Source: Octopus vulgaris (taxonomy: Eukaryota). Taken from it: 64,000 bases of DNA. The notes beneath the pieces were generated by a model. The model did not search any database. It was not told the DNA's origin and worked only from the letters and a program-made list of their open reading frames with translations. The translations under genes and the position numbers were made by a program. Below, in pieces: positions 41,080 through 55,742 of this stretch; the first letter of the stretch is position 1; every line of letters starts with the position of its first letter. The stretch is taken from assembly GCA_951406725.2 (NCBI GenBank), contig OX597817.1, positions 135,098,001-135,162,000 on the forward strand, written 5' to 3'.

Positions 41080-41604
41080 GTAATCTAATTAATGCTTCGG
41101 ATTTTACCGAAATAAGCATAGCGTTTGATGATTTTAACCCACGCTGGTGGAAAGGGGAGAACAGAAATTCTTCACTTGCTTATTTGGGTTTGTTGGCACT
41201 GTTAGTTACGAGCGGATCTTCGAAAGGGTATGTTCTTACTTTCAGTGTTTCCAAATCCAAACCAAGGAGTTTCTGAGCTGAAGATAGAAATGTTGTTTTG
41301 ACTAATCTTGAAACGTACGTTCTCAAATAACCTTAGCAATTGATTTTTTAATGTCCTTACCCCCAAACTTTTGTGAGTTGAATTAAGCAAACACTATATA
41401 TGAGAGAGATTTTCTTTAAGTATTAGAAATAGCTTTAAAAAAGTTTTTTAGCTGCTATTTCTAATGAGTTCAGTATGCGGCAAAGTAATTTATTTTACTA
41501 AGCCCTTTTATATAATGTAATAATTTGAATTCGCCTTAAATGAACACTTGGTGAAATTGATTAATAATTAATTAATTTTACCCTCAATTGTTGAAATTAT
41601 ATGT

Positions 41605-41681
<77 letters not shown>

Positions 41682-41901
41682 TCTTTATTTGCATAATACA
41701 TACATACATATGTATGTATATATATTTATATATATATATGTGTGTGTGTGTGTATGTGTGTGTGTATGTGTGTGTGTGTGTGTGTTTACATATATATATA
41801 TATATATAGGGGGAGAATTCACAAAATAAACAAAAGACGAAGACAGGTGGTGTAGACAACAAATAGATGTGTTAGTTTAACACTCGGGAAGTAAAAAAAG
41901 A

Positions 41902-41937
41902 CTTTAACGTTTCGAGCCTACGCTCTTCCACAGAAAG
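41902..41937 (-). ncRNA. Minimal hammerhead-like motif, variant core CUGUGGA (copy 1)
   Basis: CTTT-CTGTGGA-A-GAGC GTAG GCTC-GAAAC-GTT-AAAG; perfect stems I and II, palindrome AACGTT; A6>U. Confidence 0.55.
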
Positions 41938-41993
41938 GAACACACAAAAAACACATATATAATATATATATATATATATAATATGTATGTATG

Positions 41994-42036
<43 letters not shown>

Positions 42037-42095
42037 TTGATCACTTGACGACAGACATCAGATATTGCTACATATCGCTGGTCACAAGGAGAGCA

Positions 42096-42133
<38 letters not shown>

Positions 42134-42282
42134 CTGCTGCTTAGCCAGCGGGGTATTCAAAGGCTAAAACAATGACCATTGTGACCAGCGATATGTAGCA
42201 ATATCTATGGTCTGGTCGGTCAAGTGATCAGTGATATATATATATATATATACATACATACATACATACATACATATGTATG

Positions 42283-42319
<37 letters not shown>

Positions 42320-42435
42320 ATACATATATATATATATATAGGGGGGGAGAATTCACAAAATAAACAAAAGACGAAGACAGGTGGTGTAGACAACAAATAG
42401 ATGTGTTAGTTTAACACTCGGGAAGTAAAAAAAGA

Positions 42436-42471
42436 CTTTAACGTTTCGAGCCTACGCTCTTCCACAGAAAG
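42436..42471 (-). ncRNA. Minimal hammerhead-like motif (copy 2)
   Basis: Identical to 41902-41937. Confidence 0.55.
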
Positions 42472-42516
42472 GAACACAGAAAGAAACAAGGAGAGAAAAT
42501 AAAGAATGCATAATGC

Positions 42517-42606
<90 letters not shown>

Positions 42607-43870
42607 TGTTTCTTTATTAGCCACACAGGGCTGCACACAGAAGAGACAGATTACAAAGTAGACCTTTTCTTTTTTTGGAGAAAAAAAGGTGGGGTAGGTT
42701 TTCGATATTTTGATCAAAAGGGATCGTAAAAGGGAAAGAAGAAAAGAAAGAAAAAAAAAAAAGAAAAGAAGAAAAAAGAAAGGAAAAAAGGGGGAAAAGA
42801 AAAAAAACGATCAATAGGGATCGTGTATCACAGTGTCATGATGTACGATGTAAAGGGGGAAGCAGATAAGGTTTATCCGTGGGAAGAAAAGCCTACGGAA
42901 AAGACCACGGTAACCTCGGTCAATATTGTTACATGTTACCACATTTGTTTGCAAGTGGGTAAACCTCTGTTTTCACTTTCTGGGTTCATAGGATTATGCT
43001 CAAGGTGGCTTCGCCATTCATACGTGCCATCCTTGCTACATTCACCCATCTTTTTTAAAACATTCGCTAGACAAAACTTGCCTCTCTACTCTCACTTTCC
43101 TTTCCAAGTGATACTTGAAAGAAGTTGATGAGAGATTGACCAGAGAGGAAAGTGTTTGTCTCCAATCCTTTCAGACGCGTCCACCAGATACATTCTTTCG
43201 CCATAGCCACAAGGATGATGAAAATAGCTCTTCCTTCCCGTTTGAAGGAAGGAGGCGTGACAATATTGACGATAGAATCGGCTGATAAACCGACTCGTAC
43301 TACACGTGACAGTAGTTGTTCGACATAAGCCCACAGGTCGGAAATTGTTGGACACTGCGTGCAGAACGGTTTCGTCGCTCTGACCGCATCTGGGGCAGGT
43401 CGGCCCCGTGTTTCTCGAGCCGTGTCTGTAGAGCTTATCCCGAACGGGTAGCGCTTCTCGGTAGCACTGCCAGGCCAGGGATCTCTGGAAGTTGTCCATG
43501 GGCCCTGGCCCGAAAGTCGTCCTGAGCAGGTGGGTTAGGTATTCCTCGTCGACCTCTAGGTTCGCCCCGAGCTCGTCGTCGTACCTCCCCTCCACTAATC
43601 CCCTATAGAATGCTTGGGTTGTGTTGAAGTCACTCAAGGTCGACCCGGGACGGCAGAGTTGCTTGAGAGCAACGCGACACTCGCGGTACCATTCGTCCTT
43701 CCTCGGCCTCTTTTTGATCCACGACTGCAGTTCGGTCTTGGAAACAAGTTGCGGGAAAGCGTGTCTCACAAACGGCGACCACACTTGTTCACCGTCGTCT
43801 ACGTAGAGCCTGAGATGTCGCAGTCTCAGCGCGTGTCTGCGCATCATCAACCCCGGCATGCCCAGTCCTC
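42607..43870 (-). mobile_element. 5'-truncated Tx1/L1-clade LINE inserted in a (GATA)n array
   Basis: ORF2 C-terminus from GLGMP through AWQCYREALPVRDKLYRHG...CPRCGQSDETVLHA (zf-RVT, frameshift before the last Cys); T-rich 3' UTR ending AATAAAGAAACA; (GATA)n at 42518-42606 and 43871-44079. Confidence 0.92.
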
Positions 43871-43993
<123 letters not shown>

Positions 43994-44002
43994 GGATGGA
44001 TG

Positions 44003-44079
<77 letters not shown>

Positions 44080-44112
44080 GTACATACATACATATATACA
44101 TACATACATACA

Positions 44113-44144
<32 letters not shown>

Positions 44145-44219
44145 CATACATATTTATATATAGCGTATTTGCATACATTAATGTTAATGATCATCACTAA
44201 TTATGCATTCATTGCAAAT

Positions 44220-44345
44220 TTCGCTGACGTCGACTTTGCCTTTAATCTTTTCGGGATCGATAAAATAAGTACTCATTGAACATTTGGGTCGATGTAAAGA
44301 ACTTGCCAGGCCCCCTCCGAACCTGCTAACCTTGTGCCAAAATAT
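44220..44345 (+). mobile_element. SINE family A fragment
   Basis: GTCGACTTTGCCTTT...GATCGATAAAATAAGTAC. Confidence 0.7.
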
Positions 44346-45339
44346 GAAATCAATATTTCGATATACATCTAAATATATGCGTGTAGGCGTGTGATGTCTG
44401 TTTGTACATGGGTATATAAATAAATTTATGCATGTATAAACACCTACACACACACACACACCTACAGACAAAGTATGAATATTAAACATATGTGCGTATA
44501 TACAACTTGTATTCATATGTATCTAAGCTTTTGTATTGGCCACTCTAAGTATATCTAGATATATATGCGCATATTCTTAGACGCACAAATAAATGTGGGG
44601 GCGTATTTAGATAAATATGTGTATAGGTATGTGTAAACATGTATATACACATCGATTCCCCCACCCGACCCCAGTAACTGCTTCTTTCGACAGCAAAAAT
44701 TCAATATAACCAAGTGTTTTGTGTCGTTTATTGTATCTTTGTCTACTTTTGTCATATCTGAAGAAGTTGTTTTGAACGTATATCTGGCGTGCCTATATCT
44801 TTGGCACACTCGGATGAATGCAATATTTTACTGTATTAATACTGTCTCCAGAATTTTTCCTCTCGGAGAAATACCACATCCTTTCACAGACTTTTACAAT
44901 TTTGAATAAAATATCGATGTTCGTGAATATTTATGGACGTGTTAATCGCTATTTCATTGAGCATAATGGTTAAATATTTCAGTTTTCATAAAATGGATTG
45001 GCATCCAGTGACTGATGGCCATATTATGTAAAAATAATGCATTCATTAATTTATCAACACGGAAACATCTTTGGAACAAGAATCACTTTCTTTACTTTCG
45101 TGTGTTTTATACATATGATGCTAAAGACAAGAAAATATCACGTGCTTATCAATATGACTATAAAGCCGCGGCGTGTATGTAGTGAGTTTGCTTTCCAGCC
45201 ACGTGGCGGCTTCGACGAATGGCTTCTATTTGGGCTGAACAAAGCATTGTGAGTGGATTTGATAGACGGAAACTATATATATATATATTTATTATATAGA
45301 AGGAGAAGCTAGAACTGTTTCATTCAAGAGAAATGTTCA

Positions 45340-45950
<611 letters not shown>

Positions 45951-46168
45951 GGCTATGAGAGGTAATAGTCTCAAAAAGACCCAAAGGTGTCAGATAATGC
46001 TGAGTAAGGGCTATGGACAGACTATAGTTAATCTCCAGGTTCGGTGATTATACAAATGTGGAGTCCAGCGTAGGTCATATATTAGCATGCATATATATAT
46101 ATAAAAATTAACAGAATGTAATAAAAATCCAAAGCTGTGAAAGATTTCAGAACATTTATAAAGAGAAG

Positions 46169-46216
46169 GTCCTACAGCTGTTTCCCGGATATTTTATGTA
46201 TCCCTTCATCGGAGAC
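46169..46216 (-). ncRNA. Minimal hammerhead motif, one core substitution
   Basis: GTCT-CCGATGA-AG GGATA CATAAAA TATCC GG-GAAAC AGCT GTA-GGAC; palindrome ACAGCTGT, GUA triplet, U4>C; (TA)n ~65 nt downstream. Confidence 0.6.
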
Positions 46217-46439
46217 GGTGTGAGAATATGGTTAAGCAATAGTTATTCTAGAGAAGATATGAAATAGAGAGTGAAACTAGATACCTCGTATCTAATCAAT
46301 ACCGACATACTTTCATGAAACCCGTGTAGTCTTATAAACGGAAAATACGGGATTCAGAATAGATATAGTTAGTATAAGATTTAATATTTAACATTTTATG
46401 GAGTGGTCAGGTATAAAATCTTTCAGTGTTGATTGAGTT

Positions 46440-46675
46440 GAAAGTGTCTGTGTCTGTGTTTGTGTTTATGTTTTGTCCCTCACTACCGTTTGATAAATGT
46501 TGTTGGTGTGTTTATGTTTCAGTAACATAGCAGTGTGTCAGAAGAGTCGTACAGAATAAGTGTCAGGCTTATTCTAAATATTGGGTCGATTCATTCGACT
46601 ATAAATTGTTCAAGCCGGTGCCGCAGTGTGGCTGCAGTTTAATGACTGAACACGGAAAAGATAAAAGATAGAGGC
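46440..46675 (+). mobile_element. SINE family B tail
   Basis: GGTGCCGCAGTGTGGCTGCAGTTTAATGACTGAACAC...AAAAGAT. Confidence 0.7.
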
Positions 46676-46676
46676 T

Positions 46677-46971
46677 ACATACATACATACGTACATACGT
46701 ACATACATACATACAAACATACATACATAGATACATAAATACATACATATATACATGCATACATACACACATACATACATACAAACATACATACATACAC
46801 ACATACATACATACATTCATACATACATACATATATGCATACATACATACATACATACAAACATACATACATACATATATACATACAAGCATACATACAT
46901 ACATACATACAAACATACATACATACATACATACATACATACATACATACATACATACATACATACATACA

Positions 46972-47002
<31 letters not shown>
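46677..47002. repeat. (CATA)n microsatellite
   Basis: Directly visible. Confidence 0.97.
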
Positions 47003-47689
47003 TGGACTTTACGTATGACAACTAAACAGATTAATGATAGACACATTTTCTAAGTTTTTTTTCTTTCTGTAGGCATTCAAGACTCCATTAGAAATCATTT
47101 CCATGTGATCGCGAATATTTTTGCGTATATTTTGTCACGCTGCTACCTCGTTTCAATCATTTAAATGATCGGTAACGTGAAACGCTTAGATACAATTTAG
47201 AAGTTCCAACTTTTCCTGAGATCATTATATTTATGCATGTATGCTTGTGTGTGTGTCTGTGTGTTTGTGCTCGCGTATGTTTGTGTGTGCGTGTGCAAGC
47301 GTGCTTCTTTGCAAGTATACGTATACGATTGTGCGTATGTATTTAATGTTTATACTTTTAAAAATACAAGTGGAACGATTTATATGTATGCATGATATAT
47401 ATGTGAGAAGCTGTGAGACGAATGAAACTGTGGAGGAAAATTTAGAGAAAGGCGACGAGAAATAGAACGACAGAATGGAGAAGTTAAAAAAGAGAACAAA
47501 GAATAGTGAGAGAGAAAACAAGAAAAGAGAAGTATTTTTGAGAGAAACAGGAATGAGAGAGAGTTAAAAGGGAAAGAGGAGAGAGAGAGAGGAGAGAGAA
47601 ATTGGTTATAGATGATAGCAATAAACGGGAAAATTGCTGATTGTATCGTATTTAATAGTATTATATACGTCATGTTTTACGAAAACCAA

Positions 47690-47987
47690 TATTTATATGC
47701 GCGCATTCATGTATTTGATATGCGTGTGCATATATGACTGTGAATGTGGATATATGCATGTGTATATATATATATATATGCGTTTGGGTGTGTGTATATG
47801 TATGTATATATGTATATAGAAACATGTGTGTGCTTGTATCAGTTTATGTATACAAGCGTGCGTTTCAGTTACACATACATGAGTTTCTGAGGAACTATAT
47901 ACATCTCATTTCATAGATTGCTAAAAGTCGAATTGAAGAGCAATTTACACATGTGTATGTGTGTGTGTGTGTGCACGCATACATACA

Positions 47988-48038
<51 letters not shown>

Positions 48039-48044
48039 GTATAC

Positions 48045-48095
<51 letters not shown>

Positions 48096-48417
48096 CATAT
48101 AAATATATATACATATACACATGTATCTCTCTCTCTCTAAATATATGTATATATATATATATGTATATATATGTATATACATATACATATGTATATATGC
48201 TGTAGGTTTTGTTTATGCACGCGCATTAACATGCATAGCATGATGCATTTGCATATGTATGTATATATGTATACATACATATATATATATATATATAGGT
48301 ATATGCATATGCATATATATATGCACGTATATATGTGTGTCTTCTATGTATAATAGCGTGTATGTATAAACGTATATATATATATATATACACACACATA
48401 TATACATACATATATGT

Positions 48418-48511
<94 letters not shown>

Positions 48512-48938
48512 GTGTATGTGTGTGTGTGTGTGTGATTACCTCTGTGTTTGTGCATATGCGTGTCTGTGTATGTGTATGAGTATGATTGTATTTTCGCTCA
48601 TTCACCAATCTATATTCTATTTGGGAAAACCATGTAGCATAGGAAATTTAGTTCCTAATATATTTACCATTTCTAAACGAACGAGTGTTATTTTCTTCCA
48701 TGCAGATATTAAAATTACTCGACTCGCCGAGGTGGCGGTGTGACGATGTAGTAGAGTTGTGATGTTATTGTCGATACAACACACGTCTATAAGTATATAA
48801 TGTATGTATATGTGTGTGGGGGTGTATGTCTGTGTATACATACATACATATACGCATCACATATACATATATAGCTTACATACACACACATATATATATA
48901 TACACATGCATACATACATATATGTATACATATATGCA

Positions 48939-48969
<31 letters not shown>

Positions 48970-49018
48970 GTCTGTGTGTGCATGCATGTATGTATATGTA
49001 TAGTATATGTATCTACTT

Positions 49019-49062
<44 letters not shown>

Positions 49063-49085
49063 CATACATATATATTTATATATAC

Positions 49086-49137
<52 letters not shown>

Positions 49138-49275
49138 GTATGTATGTATCTATATATATGTATGTATCTATTTATATATATATGTATGTATATATGTATA
49201 AATATATATATATATATGTGCACATGTATGACTGCATACATATATATATATATATATTTATGCATATGCATATAT
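47690..49275. repeat. Extended TA/TG/CA low-complexity region
   Basis: Directly visible; source of the YIYI-type ORFs. Confidence 0.9.
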
Positions 49276-49830
49276 GGGTACAGGAAGTCACCAACAGTAA
49301 ACAACATGAAATACGAAAACAAATGTGTTAAATACGCAAACGAGAGAAAAAATGAAGAACAGGACAAGTAACACAAAGAAAATCCTTCATCAGTAGTCGG
49401 ATGTCTTTCTACTCCTCATTTCGAGCATTGAACGACAATATGAGTCTTCGTTGACAGTTGCTCATATAACCTCCAATATTGAATTTTGGATTATATGTAG
49501 GATCAAATTTGAGAACGAAAACAGGACAGTGGAAACATACATTGGAAACTAAACGAAAAACAAACATGGTGGGCTGTCAGACCAGAATGAGAGGAAAATA
49601 GTGAACGCTGAGAAAAATACTTTCTTTGAAAGAGAAAAGATAAAAGAGAGAGATAGAAGACATCCAGAGTTAGGACGTCCTGGAGGAAAAGAGAGATGGA
49701 CGATGGTCACGTGTGAGCAGCAAGAGAGAGAGAAAGAGGGTGAACGAGAGAGAGAGAGACAGAGAGAAAACGGTGAAGGGGAGTAAAAGGGAATTAGAGA
49801 AGGATGGGGAAGAAAACAGTATAGAGTAGA
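49275..49830 (-). mobile_element. Probable PLE-like terminal fragment ending on (TA)n
   Basis: Same layout as the 1390 family: pyrimidine tract, GAGCA...TGCTC-GAAA, then CTGATGA, T-rich tail, TA array. Confidence 0.4.
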
Positions 49831-49909
49831 GTTGCATCAAAAGGTGGGGGTCAATTAAATAATAATATAAATAACATATATATATAAATATATATATATA
49901 TATCTGTAC

Positions 49910-49961
<52 letters not shown>

Positions 49962-49962
49962 C

Positions 49963-49993
<31 letters not shown>

Positions 49994-50149
49994 GTATAAA
50001 TGTATATATGTGTGTGCATGTATGTCTGTATGTACATGTATATATATATACACACATATGTATGTATGTATATATTTCTGCTCTCTTCCACTTCTAGTTA
50101 ATTAAATTCTTCGTCTGAGGTAAAAGCTGGTCAGAGACCAGAGATATGA

Positions 50150-50352
50150 AGGTCGATCGTTGGAGTGTAGATAACGAAAGTGCTGTCACATTTCAGAGTT
50201 GAGAAATGTCTTGCATATATCTACCGTTTCACTTACAGATCGTATTCGCAATGTGCGCGTCAGTTGTTTAATTTCCTTTTCTGAAAATTCTAGCCTATCC
50301 AGATTGTCAGTTAGGCACTTATTAAAAAACGAGGTGCACCAATTATTATTGT
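50150..50352 (-). mobile_element. Second R4/Dong-like family, RLE C-terminus
   Basis: KCLTDNLDRLEFSEKEIKQLTRTLRIRSVSETVDICKTFLNSEM* aligns by eye with the 20482 and 50900 peptides; the 5' junction abuts (CATA)n. Confidence 0.7.
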
Positions 50353-50544
50353 TATGTATGTATGTATGTATGTATGTATGTATGTATGTATGTATGTATG
50401 TATGTATGTGTGCGTATATGCATGTATGTATGTGCAGATTTGTATGCTTCAAGTATGTACGTATGTATGTGTGTTTGTGTATATGTATACATGTATGTAT
50501 GTGTGCATGTATGTATGTGTGTGTATGTATGTATGCATGTATGT

Positions 50545-51127
50545 ATGTTTTTGTTCAGTTTTATATGAAGAGTTCTGGAAAGATCCGGTTTCTAACCTAG
50601 ATCCAAGGATCCTTTATTAGATTTTCAACATCAACAACACGGTGTTTTTGCTTGTATGTATGTATGTATGTATGTATGTATGTATGTATGTATGTATGTA
50701 TGTATGTATGTATGTGTGTATGTGTATGTGTATGTATGTATGTATGTATGTATGTATGTATGTATGTATGTATGTGTGTATGTATGCATGTATGTATGTA
50801 TGTATGTATGTATGTATGTATGTATGTATGTATGTATGTATACGTGCAGATTTGTTTGTTTTGGTTTATGTTTGTATTCTCATGCATGTAGTTGCATATC
50901 TAGACATGTTCATATATTGCAAAGTTTTACAGATTTTTGCAGTTCCAATTTTGGCTTGTATCCGTAATCTTCGAATTAGCTTTTCGTTTCTGGTTTTAAG
51001 AAGCCTAATTTCTCAAGAGTGGTATTTAGGCAGTGTGTTACATATACAAGGACCCCAATAATTACAGGTATAAACCTGAACTTGTAATATGGATACAGTA
51101 ACTGGAGAGTCCTCAATACTCCAGTGT
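50545..51127 (-). mobile_element. 5'-truncated R4/Dong-like retrotransposon within (CATA)n
   Basis: [43 protein letters not shown] / KLIRRLRIQAKIGTAKICKTL; 3' UTR with internal CATA array; CATA on both flanks. Confidence 0.8.
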
Positions 51128-51203
51128 ATGTATGTATGTATGTATGTATGTATGTATGTATGTATGTATGTATGTATGTATGTATGTATGTATGTATGTA
51201 TGT

Positions 51204-51752
51204 TAGGTCACTTTCGAGTGCTACTGGTAACATGTAACCCAGTACAACCTGTTGCATGGTCGGGTCGTCGGCGACTAAACCGGCAACCCCACCAAGCTTG
51301 CTTGGTGAGGAGGGTGTTTATTGGACACCCTGCAGGATGAAAAACAAAACCCGTCAAAGGGCGGAGGAACTCTTGAGAGCCAACGGCCATCTAATAAATG
51401 TCTTAAGGCTGTATCATGCACGGGGAGAGAAATAATCGGACTGAATACCCGATCGCGCAGTTAAACCATTGGGAGTCAAGAATTCCTAGCCTTTGTTAGG
51501 GCATCCTTCTAGGAGAAGATAACTCAGGTAACTGGGATAGCTCCGACATAAAACCTGCGGCTCAGTGGTTACCGATGATGTTGACTTGTTCTTCTTTTCG
51601 GATTATAGCTGCTGATGCTTAGTGAGTGGGATTGACTCAGTGCACAGCCTTTCCTCACTTTAAAAAAAATTTTCTTGCATAGGCATTGCACGATAACAAC
51701 ATTGATTAAGCTTTGTGCAATGGCCATACTCGATAACGGGGGGGCAGCCACC
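51204..51752 (+). mobile_element. Non-coding ~550-bp RTE-like derivative with (ATGT)n tail
   Basis: CTTCTAGGAGAAGATAACTC...TAAAACC resembles RTE-clade 5' UTRs; ends GGGGCAGCCACC(ATGT)n; no ORF. Family call is from memory. Confidence 0.5.
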
Positions 51753-51847
51753 ATGTATGTATGTATGTATGTATGTATGTATGTATGTATGTATGTATGT
51801 ATGTATGTATGTGTGTGTGTATGTATGAATGTATGTATGTATGTATG

Positions 51848-51879
<32 letters not shown>

Positions 51880-52609
51880 CATTTGATAGAGTTCGTGACA
51901 ACGTTGCAGTACAATAGTATTTTTATGAATGTAACACACTTGTATGTAGACATCTAAACATCTGATCAAGTTGTAGTTAGGGTGCGGCCCGCCAGACCTT
52001 CTGAAGGGCACACCTAACAAAAATGTTTTCTAGCTGTGCAGTCCGCCTGACGATTAGTCTTATATTATACGGCTCGCTTCTCAAGTGAGGTTGCCCGTAC
52101 CTGATCTAAACACTCTGCATACCCATTTAGCTTTATCGCCAGATAATATAGAAGGTCGATAGAAATAGCAGCGAAATATCTCTCAAATACACTTAATCAT
52201 CTGAAAACATAGAAGGTCTCCGTCATAGCGTTGTCCTTGATAAACTGCTTCAATAAAAGATTAAATGGCCATATCTAGATTATCGTTAATCTTAATTCTG
52301 ATTAATGAAACCTCGTGTTAAACAGCATGTGTCACCAATACCTTAAAGCTCAGCTCAATGAATGCGCTCCTTTGTGGCAGCTACACTTCTTCAATCTCGC
52401 CTCATTGTTAAACATGGTAGGTTGCCTTTACGTTGTGTGGATGGACTGCGAGAAACAGCAGTCAAATGTCTCTCTAGTCGAGAGTTGCTGTTGTTGTTCT
52501 CATTGCATTATATCTTATATATCTAATTACTCTAAGCAAAGAAATATCGCATCTTACGAACACACATGTATAATCATTATCGTCATCGTCGTCGTCGACA
52601 TCATAATTT

Positions 52610-52820
52610 AACGAGTGTTGGACGGTTCGACAGGAGTTGGCAAGCCGGAGAGCTGCACTGACTCCAGTGTCTCTTTTGGCATGGTTTCTACTTCTGAATG
52701 CCCTTCCTAACACCAACAATTGAACAGAGTGTACTAGGGGCTTTTTATACGGATCCACCACTGGTGTTTGATATGTGACACCAACACCAACAGGGTCACC
52801 ATATAACTTGCAAGACGTAA
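52610..52820 (-). mobile_element. MetaSINE-like fragment
   Basis: Minus strand GTTGGTGTTAGGAAGGGCATTCAGAAGTAGAAACC resembles the Meta-domain motif GGAAGGGCATCCGGCCGTAAAA. Confidence 0.6.
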
Positions 52821-53412
52821 ACCTGGCAGCTGCGAGAGAGAGAGGGGGGGGAAGAGAGAGGAAGACAGCGAGAAGGAAAGAGAGAGAGAGAGAGAGGGTG
52901 TGTGTGCGTGTGTGTGTGATAAACTATGCCTTTTTACAACGATTTTAACCATTATATGTTACTGAATTTATTCTGTAAAATTTTGAGCTGAAATTTGTTT
53001 TGTTTTTTTTTTAGCTTAAATTTGCTTATTTTTCTTTAAAGCATGACATTTACAATTTCGATGTCTTTTGTAAGTTATATCATATTAAATAACCGAGTGA
53101 CATACTGAATGCTATGCGCAATAAATTTGTAATTTATTGCAATTTCCGTCTCAGTTGGAGACAAACGTTTAGCAACACAAAAACAGAAAATTTCGTGAAA
53201 TTTAGAAAAAATTTCTCGTGTTATTTTTCGAATTTGGGAAGGGTTAGTCTGAAACTTTATACACACACAGTCACACACACACACACACACACACCACCAC
53301 CACCACCACATATATATATGCGTAAATATACATATATATACATATGCACATGTGTATCATATGTGTGTATTTTTCTATATGTGCATATATATAAATGTAT
53401 ATGGATATATAG

Positions 53413-53574
53413 CCGTAGGAGTGGCTGTGTGGTAAGTAGCTTGCTTACGAACCACATGGTTCCGGGTTCAGTCCCACTGCGTGGTACCTTGGGCAAGTGT
53501 CTTCTACTATAGCCTCGGGCCGAATAAAGCCTTGTGAGTGGATATGGTAGATGGAAACTGAAAGAAGCCCGTCG

Positions 53575-53665
<91 letters not shown>

Positions 53666-53829
53666 GTGGGGTTGTGTTGACTGCACGTTAAGAAATGATA
53701 GGCTTGCGACGAAAACCGGTTAGAGTTAATATTCAAAAATAATTTTTTTTTGAATTTTCCATACACCCATTTTCATTAAAATTTACCTTCAATTTAGCAT
53801 TCTGCTTTTTTATAATTTTTCTTTACCTT

Positions 53830-53864
<35 letters not shown>

Positions 53865-54114
53865 ATATGTATGTATGTATGTCTGTATGTGTGTGTATAT
53901 GTTTGTGTGTCTGTGTTTGTCTCCCCAACATCGCTTGACAACCGAGGCTGTTGTGTTTACGTCCCCGTAACTTAGCGGTGCGGCAAAAGAGACCCATAGA
54001 ATAAGTACTATGCTTACAAAGAATATGTCCTGGAGTCGATTTGCTCGACTAAAGGCTGTGCTCCAGCATGACCACAGTCAAATGACTGAAACAAGTAAAA
54101 GAGTAAGAGTAAGA

Positions 54115-54115
<1 letters not shown>
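53413..54115 (+). mobile_element. SINE family B: head 53413-53575, expanded microsatellite middle, tail 53890-54115
   Basis: Best-preserved family B copy. Confidence 0.9.
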
Positions 54116-54173
<58 letters not shown>

Positions 54174-54258
54174 TTAGAGACAAAACCACTATTTATAATT
54201 TGAAACTGAGACAGACAGACAGACAGACAGAGAGAGAGAGATTTATTCCCTAATATTT

Positions 54259-54314
<56 letters not shown>

Positions 54315-54981
54315 GCGTACATATATTATCGCTCTGATATAAGTATTGAGCACTCTAGCTCTGTCTATGCAAATACAATAGCTGTGTGTATGTGTGTATG
54401 CGAGAGAGAGAATGTATCTATTTGTGTATGCATGTGTATCTGTTCGCCCGTGTATCGGTATTTGCGCACACGCCGAATATTTCGGTACTAACAACGGTCT
54501 TCCTTTTTAAACTTTTCTTCTCAGTACTTATCAACAATATATACTGAAATACTTCGTAATTGCCAATACAGATTCTATTTCTGGGAATAAGGGAGTCGTT
54601 TTACTTAAATATGTTGTCGCGTTATCAGGGGATATCGAAGAAAGGACGAGAAAGTAATTTTACTGGCATTTTATACACTCGGCTGCAAGTCGACTGGTCA
54701 CACAGTGCTGGCAGCGGAAACATTGTTTCCTAGTATTCTACACTTAAATCAATTTCAAAAGAAACCAAATGTCTTGCCACCGTAACTTACGAAAGACAAG
54801 TTCTTAGTAACCTTTGCGGCTATTAAACAATACCAGCCGATCTTGGAATTTCAATATTCGCCATTTACGTTTTCTGGAAACATCACTTTATACCACAGCG
54901 ATGTTTAAGCCAGTTACTAGTGCTTCCAACACTATTGTAAATTTTTATACATAATACTTACACACACACACACACACACAC

Positions 54982-55031
<50 letters not shown>

Positions 55032-55065
55032 CCACAAGAAATTTTAGGCACACACACACAACTCT

Positions 55066-55119
<54 letters not shown>

Positions 55120-55135
55120 CTCGTGTTCCACATCT

Positions 55136-55204
<69 letters not shown>

Positions 55205-55207
55205 TAT

Positions 55208-55445
55208 AGGTGCAGGAGTGGCTTTGTGATAAGAAGCTTGCTTACCAACCACATGGTCCCGTGGAATCTTGGCATGTGCATTCTATTATAGCCTCGGGCT
55301 GACCAAAGCCTTGTGAGTAGATTTGGTAGGCGGAAACTGGAATAAGCCCGTCGTATATGTATATATATATATATGCATGAGTATATGTTTGTATGTCTGT
55401 GTTTGAACCCAACGTCGCTTGACAACCGATGTTGGTGTGTTTACG
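55208..55445 (+). mobile_element. SINE family B, 3' truncated
   Basis: Homology to 53413-53575. Confidence 0.85.
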
Positions 55446-55742
55446 ACATGACGGAATATTAGGAACAATAGGGGCAAAAGAGAGAGGCGAGGAAGAAGAA
55501 AAGGGAAGAAGAAAAAGAATGGTGGGGGAGGGAGTTGATGACGACTACGAAGGAAAGGCGGAATATATATGCGTGTATATGTAGAGAGAGCGCGTGCGCA
55601 TGCGTGATCGTACGTGTTAGTATGTACCTCGGAACTTCCGGTTCATGGAACTTTCGGTTTCTCATTCTAGAAATTTTATTCCGTATCACTTCCTAAACAC
55701 CAGGAATAAACCACTTGCTGCTGGAGAAACATCAGGTGTCTA

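Larger units (their letters stand above)
41808..42478. repeat. Near-identical ~135-bp direct repeat (41808-41944, 42342-42478) enclosing an inverted SINE-C tail pair
   Basis: GGGGAGAATTCACAAAATAAACAAAAGACG...CAGAAAGGAACACA occurs twice, 534 bp apart; 42040-42087 is inverted at 42179-42230. Confidence 0.9.
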
